This document shows positions 41,481 through 53,450 of a stretch of DNA of 64,000 nucleotides, in pieces. The notes below the pieces were generated by a model that worked only from the letters and a program-made list of their open reading frames with translations, did not search any database and had not been told where the DNA came from. Origin of the DNA: Octopus bimaculoides (taxonomy: Eukaryota); contig NC_068984.1 in NCBI RefSeq assembly GCF_001194135.2, forward strand, positions 4,227,210 to 4,291,209, given 5' to 3'. The first letter of the stretch is position 1; each line of letters begins with the position of its first letter. Position numbers and translations under genes: made by a program.

Positions 41481-43116
41481 TCTGAAGACCTGGCAAATAA
41501 AGTGGGTCCACAGCTGTAATATACACCAGTGTCACTTAACCAGCCCACTCAAAAGTACCTTGGATCGTAGGGCGACGTGCCATGCTTGAGGAGACCTATT
41601 GAGTCAAGTACATCAACATCAGTAATATCAAAATCACAATCAAATGGAAATTGTAGTTGTGAGCCCCGTGCCAGTAGCACATAAAAAGCACCATCCGAAC
41701 GTGGCCGATGCTAGTGCCGCTTTGACTGGCTTCCATGCCGGTGGCACGTATAAAGCACCATCTGATCGTGGTTGATGCCAGCTCCCCAGGCCCCTTTGCC
41801 GGCGGCACATAAAAAGCACCCACTGCACTCTCGGAGTGGTCGGTGTTAGGAAGGGCATCCAGCTGTAGAAACACTGCCTGATCAGATTGGAGCCTGGTGT
41901 GGCCTTCTGGCTTACGAGACCCCAGTTGAACCATCCAACCCATGCCAGCATGGAAAACAGACGTTAAAGGATGGTGATGATGATGATGACGATGATAAAT
42001 GTGAATCTGTCCCTTATGACCTGTTCAAGCCCCTAGAGAAAATGAACTGCAATGACTTCACTTCTCAGAGTTGTCTCTTGCCCTTTCTAATCGAACATTC
42101 TCAACTCACTTATCTCCCTTTGATTATCAACCTTCTGCTGCTCAACTCCTCGAATTCCACTGTTACTATTAGGTTCAGTTCTTCACTTATACACACACAC
42201 ACACAGGTACACGTAGACATAGAGGTACGGGCATGGCTGTGTGGTAAGAAGCTTGCTTCCCAACTACATGATTCTGGGTTCAGTCCCTCTGTGTGGCACC
42301 TTGGGCAAGAGTCCCCTTACTAAAGCCTCAAGCCAACCAAAGCCTTGTGAATGGATTTCATAAACAGAAATTGAAAGAAGCTTGTCATATATACGTATAT
42401 ATCTGTGTGTGTGTGTGTGTGTGTCCTCTGCCTCTGCTTGACAACCGATGTTGGTGTGTTAACGCCCCTGTAACTTAGCAGTTCAGCCACATGTGTGTGT
42501 GTGTGTGTGTGTATGTATCTTTTTATATATGCAATGGTACATCTCCACACACATATCTATACATTTGTCACACCTCATTTATGTTTGCTGTTTCTATTGT
42601 AATTTTTTTGTAGCAATCAAGGAAATCACCTCACCACCCGCCATCACCCCCATTACCACCACCACTATCACCATCAGTTGTTCTATTGTTTTCAGTTATT
42701 ATCTCCCCATTTAAGCTACTTTTCTATTGAGTCCGATGCTATGCCAGTCAAACTCCAATAAATAGAGATAAGCAGGGAGTATATAAATGAATGGTTTTTC
42801 CCTGTGTTTCGAGATAACACAAACAAGTTAAATAGTGTCAATAAAATATTTACTGTATTCAACTGAAAAAAACACAAAAAAAAACCAAACACTGGAATTG
42901 GTGGTGGTGGTGGTGGTGGTGGGGGTATTGGTGGTATGCTGTTTGTTTACAGTGAAGTTGATGAAATATATTTAAGTTCTCTGGAGCAATACTGAGGAAC
43001 TGGCATTGCTTATATGCCTGTCATGAAGCACATGTGTGTATGTGTGTGTATATATATATATATATATACACACACACAAACATGGATACACACACACATA
43101 CACACACACATACACA

Positions 43117-44221
43117 CAGTGGGAAGTCAAAGATTATAAACACTCTTGTTTCTGTGATTTAAAAAAAGAGAATAAACAGGGGTTGAATAATTCTGTCATT
43201 TTCCAGCATAGTCTCCTTGTTTTTTCCCCAATGTATTTCTTCCAGTGGACCACAACCTTGTTTATTCCATCAAAGAAGAAGCTTTTCAGCCGGTTCCACA
43301 GCCACTTCTGCACCACTTTCTATGCTTCGTCATCCACAGCAAATGGATGATCTTGCAAAGGATGCTTGAGCAGTTCAAAGAGATGATAGTCAGAAGGGCA
43401 AAGATCTGGGCTGTTCCACTCACTTGAAACCTTATTCTTCAATGGTTTTAACAGTATGGGTGCAAGGTTGAGTCTAGAATTTCTTTTTCCCTGATGATCT
43501 CAGGTGTTTCCATTCCATGCTCTGCCTTTTGTGTTCCGGCTCAACCTAATGGACCCAGCTCTTATCTGCTGTGACCGTTCTCTCTAAAAAAAGCTTTACC
43601 TTGACCGTTGTACTTGTTGAATAAGTAATGATAGATCTCCACACGATTGCATTTATGTGCTTTCGTAAGCTGTCTTGGCACCCATCTCACACAGACTTGA
43701 GAGAAGTAAAGCTTGTTGTGAATGATTTCATGACTAATTTGCAGAGAATAATGATTTCAAGACTAATTTTCCACCTCATTGATGGTCACTTATTGGTTCA
43801 CTGGAACCATCTCTCAAGCTTGCTGAATCTTCACATAAGTGGTGGGGGTTGATGGGTGTCCTACTCTCTCTTTGGTCATTTTGAAACTTCTCAGTCCACT
43901 CATGCACACTTCTATGCAGTGAAGGGCTGACCACAGATTGTACTGAAAACCAGCAATGAATTTCTGTCCCAGACGTACCTTCAGGCCAGAGAAATCGGAT
44001 CACTGATGATCTCTGTTCTTCCTTGGTGCACATGGCCAGTGGGGCAGTCGTGTTTACTCTGTAACTCCAGAAAGGAAACTGGGACGACCAAGATCAAATC
44101 ATGATTATGTAACAAGAATGACACTACCAGGTAGTTGTGTGCACAAGCGCTGAAGGCAATGTGGCCAACCCGAAGAAAGTTTTAGCAGGAGGAGTGAAGG
44201 TAATTTTTGATTTGCCCTTGT
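43117..44221 (-). mobile_element. Mariner transposon relic
   Basis: MCTKEEQRSSVIRFLWPEG, VCVRWVPRQLT (WVPHEL-like), TVTADKSWVH, SPDLCPSDYHLF, FFFDGINKVVVHWKKYIGE. Degenerate TIRs gggaagtcaaagatta and gggcaaatcaaaaatta. Confidence 0.9.
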
Positions 44222-45370
44222 GTGTATATATGCACTCTCTCTCTCTCTCTCTCACACACACACAAACACACACATGCACACACAAGTTGGCCCTTAAGCC
44301 ATGTGCACATGCATATACGTGTGTGCGTGCATATGTCCTAGTGAGTGGTCAAGTTCTTAGGATCATGATCACATGATCATGACATTGGTTCCTAGATGAG
44401 GTTGAGCAATGTGTCCTTGAGCAAGCCACTTAATTTCACTTAGCTCCAGTCTAAACCGTTAGTCAACTGTTTAGAACACCAGCTAAGCAGTGAGACAGTT
44501 TTTTTTTATTCTTTCCAGCTTCCACTTCTTTGATGTTATTCTGGATCAAGACTATGAGGGTTGGGGTGGGAGGGTAGGGTCAGCTAATATCTGCTTGTGA
44601 TTGCAGAGGCACCTCAAATTACTAACAAAAGTATGGTACATGCTAATGGTCATACTTGATTCTGGGAAGTGGTAGTAGAAGCAGCAACAGCAGCAGCAGC
44701 AGTAGTAATAGTAGTAGTGGTCATTGTTGTTGTAGAAGCAGGAGTAGCAATATTATATATACTCTTGGAGTGGTTGGCATTAGGAAGGGCATCCAGCTGT
44801 AGAAACCAAATCAAACTGGAACCTGTTGCTGTTCTCCAGTTTCAGTCAAACCATCAAACCCATGCCAGCTTGGAAAAAGGATGTTAAATGATGATGATGA
44901 TCATCATCATATATATGTATTTTTTCTTTTATTTGTTTCAGTCATTTGACTGTGGCCAGGCTGGAGCACCGCCTTTAGTTGAGCAAATCAACCCCAGGAC
45001 TTATTCTTTGTAAGCCTAGTACTTATTCTATCAGTCTCTTTTGCTGAACCTACTAAGTTTTGGGGATGTAAACACACCAACATCGGTTGTCAAGCAATGT
45101 TGGGGTGGGGGTGGGCAAACACACAGACATACACACATGTATATATATATATATNNNNNNNNNNNNNNNNNNNNNNNNNNNNNNNNNNNNNNNNNNNNNN
45201 NNNNNNNNNNNNNNNNNNNNNNNNNNNNNNNNNNNNNNNNNNNNNNNNNNNNNNNNNNNNNNNNNNNNNNNNNNNNNNNNNNNNNNNNNNNNNNNNNNNN
45301 NNNNNNNNNNNNNNNNNNNNNNNNNNNNNNNNNNNNNNNNNNNNNNNNNNNNNNNNNNNNNNNNNNNNNN

Positions 45371-45413
<43 letters not shown>

Positions 45414-46818
45414 AGGTTTGAAACCTGTTTGAAAAGTGGTGAAGCACAAAACTCTTGGCCCTTGAGTCCCTCCATAACTTCTGCAGATTATTAATATAAA
45501 AAACGTGTGTGTGTGTGTAGAAAGACTGACAGAGATTTATGCATTAAAATTCTGATGTTCGAACAGTGATTGAAACAATAGCTTCCCAGTGTGAGGATTG
45601 AACTTTCATCCTGTGATATCTAACGTCTTATAGATTCCTTGAATGTTTGTTTGAAGAATTGACAAAATGAAAGAAACAAAAATTGGTTTCTGTGAGATGT
45701 GGCTGCCGTGTCAGCTGGTTGAGAGGGTGTATATAGGATGTTAGTTTGTTTTGTTGAATGTTGTCACTGGCTGCATGTGTCTACAAGCATCTGTGAGCCA
45801 ACCATGCATGCATCGATAAGATTGATTCTGCAATCCCTGCAGACAGTAGCGAATATTTACTTCGTACTTCACTGGGAATCCACATCTGCGAGTTTGTCAC
45901 GATATATTAATGTAAAACATACTTTTGTTGGTCAATAGTAGACTAGGCACATCAATAATGCATTACTGAATTTTCTAGGTCTTAACAATTGGTTAGAAGC
46001 CATTTGTCTCCACATTGAAGAAATATTTTCCTGCTGCCAATAATTCCTGCTCTATTTGGGTGCAGATGCATTAATCAGTAATTTAGTTTACCATTTCAAA
46101 TGTATGCAACTATGAAATGTGCATTTCCTCTTCGTATTCTATGAAACATGTCAGTTTTTACCACCATCCTCTTCCTCCTCCTCCTCCTTTCCTCCCCCCC
46201 CTCCTCCGTCTTTCAAATGGTTTCACCACAACCATTTATTGCAATGATGCTAACACTAAAATAACTCTTAAACTTATATTTCTATTAAAAAAAAAAAATA
46301 CTGAAAGCTTGAGGCTGACCCCATCCCACCGATTGGTACTAAATACCCCGCCATGAGTAATTAACTATTTCCAGTTTGTTAGAAGAAAATTAGTTACGAG
46401 AGACCTTTCTTCAATTTGACTCTTAAGTAATAAACAGAGGAGTGTGGCCGTGATTAATGTAAGAATCCAAGAGTCGTTGGCTAATTGTGCAGCCTAATTG
46501 TGTTTAATGTAAGTATCAGTTAATTGAAATTTTGTGAAGTTTAGAATAATCTACAACATGGGAGTGGATCCAGCCTGACCGTGTGGCTGATCTGGTGGTC
46601 TGTTCGTTTTGACACGGATAAGATGGATGTCAGACATCAGCGTGACAACCATAAGAGTAATAACTGACTCTGAGAGTCTCAGAGCCTTGGTCTCTTAACT
46701 TGAAATACAGTATTTACTATCTTTGATTTCAATTCAGTTTTTTCTTCTTTGATTAAATTGCAGCTGCTGCTGCTACTTCTATGACATCATCATCATCAAC
46801 AACAACAACTAGGCTGGA

Positions 46819-47043
46819 TTAACCCTTCTGTTACCAGCCCAGCTGAAACCGCCTCTGGTTCTGTAGTACAAACGTTTTGTTTTCATAAATTTTGAGTTAA
46901 AACCTTCCACCAAACCTTAATCACAATTTATGTCCCTATCATTAGCTTAATGATAATTAAGCTAATTAAATTCTTTGTTATATTTGAAATAATTGAAAGA
47001 AATACAGAGCATCTCAAAATAAATACAGTAACAAAAGGGATAA
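46819..47043. mobile_element. TTAA-flanked piggyBac-like MITE
   Basis: TTAA-CCCTTCTGTTAC ... GTAACAAAAGGG-ATAA terminal inverted repeat, non-coding interior. Confidence 0.7.
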
Positions 47044-48829
47044 GACCCATAGAGGCCCTAAGTTCTTAAAAATTTTGGTGCCCCCTTCATCATCATCATC
47101 ATCATCATCATTGTCGTCTAATGTCTGCTTTCCATGTTGGCATGGGTTGGACAGTTTGACTGAGGGCTGGCAAGCCAGAAGGCTGCACCAGGCTCCAATC
47201 TGATCTAACAAGGTTTCTACAGCTGGATGCCCTTTCTAATGCCAACCACTCCGAGAGTGTAGTGGGTGCTTTTTACGTGCCACTGGCACAAGGGCCAGCC
47301 ATGCGGCACTGGCATCGATCATGCTCAAATGGTACTTTTTACATGCCACCAGCATGGGCACCAATCAGCCAGCACTGACATTGACCACACTTGAATGGTG
47401 CTTTTTACATGCAACTGGCACGAGGGCCAGTTAGCCAGCACTGGCATCGACCACGTTTGAATGGTGCTTTTTACATGCCACCGGCACTGGTGCCAATCAG
47501 GCAGCACTGGCATCAGCCAGTAATTCAGAATATAAGCAATAATAAACCATAAAATAATTTTTTGTGTTTCAAAACAAAAACAAAACTAAGATGGAAAATA
47601 ATGTTAATTTTTGTTTTCTTCCAGTTTACTTATATTTGGAAAAATATTCTCCTGCATTTTAAATTGCAAAGTCTTTGATCAGATCCTTACTTTGACATCA
47701 TGAACACTTTTGAAACTGTCATTTCCAATCATAGAATCCACTTCAAATATTATTTTAGCAAGTTTAGAGTGGTTTCTTTTGTGCTGGAAACCATTTACCA
47801 TTTCTGTGGTGCCTCCCCTTCTTCCCTTGATGCCCCAAGCACATGCTTTTTTTGATTAATGGTTAATCCGCCCACCATTATCATCACCAACATCATCATC
47901 ATCATCATCATCATCAATATCAACACCACCATCATCATCGTCATCATCAATATCATCAGCATCATCATCATCGTACTATTACACCTGTTTCCCCACACTT
48001 TGTGTTTAAGCTCAAGCAATGGAGTTACTAAAGAGTCCGTTTGACCATTTAAAAAACAGGGAAAATGTCTTATCCAGTATTATTTGCTGATTGTTCCGTC
48101 TGTTATGAAGTATTGTGTCCTTGCAGCCTGGTCACTGACACAATTTCACCATATTTACAAGAGGAGGAGGAGTGTGTTGGTTTGAAGAAAGAGACTTGCT
48201 CACATGTTCTCATCATCATCATCATTGCCGTTTCCATGCTGTCGTGCATTGGATGGTTTGACTGAGGACTGGCAAGGAAGCTGCACCAGGCCCCAATCAG
48301 ATCTGGCAAGGTTTCTACAGCTGGACACTCTTCCTAACGCCAACCACTCCGAGAGTGTAGTGGGTGCTTTTTATGTGCCACCTGCATGGTGGCCAGTCAG
48401 GCGGCACTGGCATCGACCATGCTCGAATGGTGCATTTTACACACCACCGGCACAGGAGCCAGTCAGGCAGCACTGGTATCAACCACGCTTGAGTGGTGGT
48501 TTTTCCATTTTGAAATAGGGCTAAAAGGTAGGTGGAAAGGCATAAAGAAAATCCAATTAAAGGGTTTGTTTAGGAAGGACCCTAATTTGAAGTCAGATTG
48601 AATGGTATGAAAATACTGAAGTTCCCTGCAGAACATTCTTTTGGTGCCTTTATAACAGTGAAAGAAAATATGATTCAAAAACTACAAATTGCGACATTAT
48701 TTTAAATGATAAATGCCAAGTCTCTAGTTCAAAACTCTGTCTTTTCCATAAGATAGGGAAACTCAGTCTAGAAATTATTTTCATGAAACAAAAAACCCAG
48801 TCAGTCACTCAATGTTGTTTATTTTTCAG

Positions 48830-48944
48830 GATGTTGGATTCCCTTGGCAAGATCCGTTTATTGGATGTTGGTAGCTGCTTCAACCCATTCTTACAGTTTG
48901 AAGAATTCTTGGCTGTTGGCATTGATATTTCTCCTGCAAAATCT
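48830..48944 (+). CDS. SAMTOR: SAMTOR/BMT2 internal coding exon (class I methyltransferase-fold SAM-binding motifs)
   Basis: Acceptor tttttcag|G and donor TCT|gtaagt. Translates (x)[38 protein letters not shown], near-identical to human [39 protein letters not shown] as I recall it. Confidence 0.95.
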
Positions 48945-50474
48945 GTAAGTGGTAAAAGTTCTTCCAACCTATGCCAGCATGGAAAGCAAACGTTAATGAT
49001 GATGGTGAAGACTTGTCTTTTCATTTGATTTCCTTGCCCCAAGCACTTCTTATATACCAGTTGTTATCTGGAGTCATTGATCTCCTAAATGTGTCATGGA
49101 ATCCTGTCTTTATCATGGATTTTATCTTGTCATGGTTGCTAGAGTTAAATACATTTCCATGCACCAACCATTTTACAAATGAACTGGATGCTATTTGTCA
49201 TGCGACCACCACCAGAGAGGTTGACATGTCCTCGATGAAACAGAAGTAAAAGGTTCTCTTGAGCCCCTCCCCCTCTGCTCATTCAGCAATCCTCTTTACA
49301 GTGTACCCTTGATGTGCACCATGAGGTGAAAGGCTGTTGTCACTACTGTAGTATGCTGTCTCTGTTCCTGTCAATGTGACCCAAGGAGCAGGAAGGGCCA
49401 AGAGCAACAGAGTTGGAGGTGAACCAGCAGGGAGAGCTGAGAGGGTGTCAGGGGACAGTAAGAATGTGGATAAGGGGGGAGAGACACAGAGAGAGATGGT
49501 GGGGGGGGCAAATGATGGATGGTTGTAAAAATGGTTGGGAAAAGGAGGATGTAATGAACGTAAATAATGAGTGACCTGGTGGAAAAGGAGTGGTGAAGGG
49601 TTATTATAAGAGAGTGGTGGATGTGAATAATGAGTGACACGGAGGAGATAGTGGGGGCAGTGGTAAAGAAGAGTAAAAGTAACAGGAGAAAAAGAGAGAT
49701 AGTGTGTGTGTCACCGATAGATCTGATGAAACCTTTGTCAATCAGGCATTGTGATGGGAGACTTTGGAAACTAAGAGAGAGGCAGACAGACAGACAGACC
49801 ATGTAATGGCTAGGTAGAAATGGTTGGTGATGAGAAAGCATGGCCGAGGATTGTGGAAGTGGAGATGAATGGTATAGAAGGGGTAAAGTCAGTGATGGGT
49901 GTCACGGAAGGAATGAGTTGAAGAGGGGGTGGAGGGAGTATTAACTAACAATACATAGGGGCAAGAGATGGGTATGGAGTGGGTACCCCTAAGACTCTGA
50001 TGTAATAAGCTTTTTTGATTTGAGACACAGGTGGTGGGAGTGAGAGGGGATTGAGAAGGGACAGACTTAATGTTTTCTCTTGGTTGTTTATGAGTGACAT
50101 GGTAGGGGAAGGGGGAAGAGAATTTTGTAGTGTATGGAAGTGTGTGTGTGTATGTGTGCATATACATACATACATACATGTATACAGATAGACAGACAGA
50201 TAGATAGAGAGGTGGCGAGGAGATACATTTTCATAAATATATATGTGCATATATGCTAATATGTATTTGTGTGTATGTGTGTGTGTGTGTATAAACACAT
50301 ATACTAGAACAGGAAAGTAAGATTGGCATATGCAAATATTATGTATCTCTTCTTATATTTATACATATATGTATGTGTGTGTGTGTATAAATATATACAC
50401 ACACACACACCTATATATATATACATGTATATATATATATACATGTATATATATATAAGTACATATATATATAC

Positions 50475-50529
<55 letters not shown>

Positions 50530-50594
50530 GATCTTTATAAATATACATGCATCTATCTTTTTATCACTTCTTCCATTTCTCTCTCTGTCTTTCA

Positions 50595-50628
<34 letters not shown>

Positions 50629-51170
50629 ATATATATATACACACACACACACACATAATTCACACACAGAAAGAGAAAGAGAAAGAGCAGTAAGAGAAAG
50701 TGAATGAAAGATAATCATATAGCCACATACGTACACTCACATATTTACCCATATACACCTACACACCCACATCCATATACATATATACATACGTAATGAA
50801 CATTTGGTAACATATGGCTTTGATTGGCCATGTAAAATCCTTTAATGTTTGTCTTTTGCCAGTCTACCATCTCAACTTTCTGACTGCACCTGGTGGTTGT
50901 TTGGAATAATAAGTCATATATTTAGCTGTTACTACTGTCTCCCACTGATCCCTCCCCACTCACCGACCAGCCAGCAAACAACAACAACAACAACAACATT
51001 AGCAAACAATCCTTCATTACTATTGCATAATCACCAACTGGGTTTTTTTTTGGCTGGTTTTTCTTGTTGTTGTTGTTGTTCATATTTATTTTGTTTTCCA
51101 ATTGTCGTCTCCTCTACAATATCCTTTCAGTCATATTTGCATTTTACTTCCCAACCCCTGTATTTTGGTC

Positions 51171-51203
<33 letters not shown>

Positions 51204-51408
51204 CTTATTCACCACCACTTTCATCATCATCATCATCATCACTCTCAGTTCTATTGATTGTAAGAAGTTAAGAAAGAAAGACCAAGCCATCGCTAGTGCA
51301 CAGCATTGATCAGATGGTTTGAGAGATTCAGAAACATTGGAGAAGAGAAGCACAAGATGAACTGAGAGAGAGAGAGGAGGGAGAGAGAGAGAGAGAAAGA
51401 GAGAGAGC

Positions 51409-51635
51409 AATGAGTGAAGTTGATGTTACCTGGAAATGGAGGTAAAGTTACATTAGCTGAGGCATGAGACTGTGTGATTCGAGAGAGATTTGATTGCTAC
51501 CTCTAGCTGGACAGCCACTGCATCACTGCCTGTCCAGCTAGAGGTAGCAGTCAAATCTCTCTCGAATCACACAGTCTCATGCCTCAGCTAATGTAACTTT
51601 ACCTCCATTTCCAGGTAACATCAACTTCTCTCATT
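51409..51635. repeat. Near-perfect inverted repeat (106-bp arms, 15-nt spacer)
   Basis: 51409-51514 is the reverse complement of 51530-51635 with 2 mismatches by manual comparison. Confidence 0.95.
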
Positions 51636-52056
51636 TGTTTTTACTGACCAACTCACCTTTAGTTTTTCTTTCAGGTGATTTATTAATAATGTTTGGAGCA
51701 GGGGTATTCTTAGCCCAGACCCAGGTGTGATCGTCTGGGAGGAACCAAGTTTATTTCCTAGGGTTATAATTGACGAAACTCACAGAATCTGTGGCGGGGA
51801 TGGGGGTCATTTTCATGGATGGGTGTATACTGAGATATGTGATTAATAAGTATTACAGAGGTGTGTAGAGGTGTATGTCACGAACAGGTAAATAAATAGC
51901 TGTGTCATACCTGTGTAAGTAATTCATACCATTTGTAAAATTATTGAATACAGTCTCTCACATTCTCTCTCTCTTTCTCTCTCTCATACACACACACACA
52001 CACACACACGTTAAGTCTGCATATATTTTACTCTCTCTCCCTTTCTCTCTTTTCAG

Positions 52057-52635
52057 AGTGTTTATCGGTGTGATTTCCTCCACTTAGAGACCCAGGAACC
52101 TCTGCAAGTGGCACCTGATACACTAGAAACCCTTCTAAACAACCTGAAGAGCCCTGTTCAGAAACTCCCTCAATGTTCCTTCCATGTGGTTGTCTTCTCC
52201 TTATTATTGGAATATTTCCCATCTCCGTACCAACGCTGGCTTTGCTGTCTCAAGGCCCACAAGCTGCTCATGATTGATGGTCTGTTGTTAATTGTTTCAC
52301 CAGATTCTCATCAGCAACATAGAAATGCCCACATGATGAAAAGTTGGAAGAAAGCAATTGAAGCGATGGGTTTCAGTCGATGGCATTATACGAAACTGGA
52401 GCACCTGCACTGCATGGCCTTCCGCAAGCTTTATAACATGCAGGACGAAATAAGTTTGATTGCAGGTGATATTTATCCTGACATGATGTACATTCCACAA
52501 GATTCAAATGACAGGGAATCAGACTTCCAAGACAACCTCATACAAAGTATTTTCGATGTTGATAACAAAGAATTTTTTGAAAGAACCAGGAGCGAATTAC
52601 CCAATGATTTCTCTGATGAAGAAGACAGCTCATGA
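52057..52635 (+). CDS. SAMTOR: SAMTOR/BMT2 terminal coding exon
   Basis: Polypyrimidine tract plus tttcag|AGT, phase 0 and in frame with the previous exon. Reads [10 protein letters not shown]...[30 protein letters not shown]...[26 protein letters not shown]...[10 protein letters not shown]...EEDSS*. Matches human [38 protein letters not shown] and YPGMLYIPQD. Confidence 0.96.
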   Translation, partial: [192 protein letters not shown]

Positions 52636-53224
52636 AAAGTCTTCAGTTAATTAATCAATTTCCTGATGCTGTGATTTTCTTATTCTTTTATTAAATACTT
52701 AATTTTCATTTTTTTGGTAACTGTTTTGCATCCATTTTGTCCAAACTAGAATGGATGGAATGCTTTTTGAAAATTTCTATCTTTCCCAGATAGTGGCTCA
52801 CGTGTTTATTCCATTATAATCCCTGATTCTGCTAAACCATTCTTAAAAGAAGTGTAGAATCTATTGTCCACCAAATCTCGCTAAGGCAAGTAAAATCCTG
52901 GCTTTAAAAATATCTGAATCGAATCCCATGTGATGTCCAATAGGTTAACCTCATATCTTTTAAACCCTTCTGATAACTCTGCAACATAGGGCAAATAAAA
53001 AAAAAAAGGGGTGGGTTTCGTATACGTAAATTAATGGAAAACTTTAAAAGCTAATTGTGACTGATTTTTTAGTTAATCGCTGTCCGTCAGTTGTTCACTG
53101 ATGTGGAAACAACAATCAGGCTCAAACTAACACCTTCAGTTAACAACAACAACAAAAACAACAACAATAAATCTGTGCAACTTTCAAGGAAGGAACTCTT
53201 TTGTCTAGAGAGGGTAATATTTTC

Positions 53225-53450
53225 TCAGTTAGTGATCCACCAATATTGATTACTAATAAGTAATGAATATTGTTTACTGATTAGTGATCTACCTATGTTA
53301 ATTACTAATTAATAACTAATTAGTTTGTCAGTATATATTGATTAATATATAATTAATAATCTACCTTATTAGTAATCCATCTACGTTAATTACTGATTAA
53401 CTAGTAATCAGTATATGTTGATTACTAATTAATAATCCATCCCTACNNNN
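53225..53450. repeat. Degenerate AT-rich minisatellite
   Basis: Recurrent ttagtgatc(c/t)acc..gtt(a/g)attacta motifs. Confidence 0.6.
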
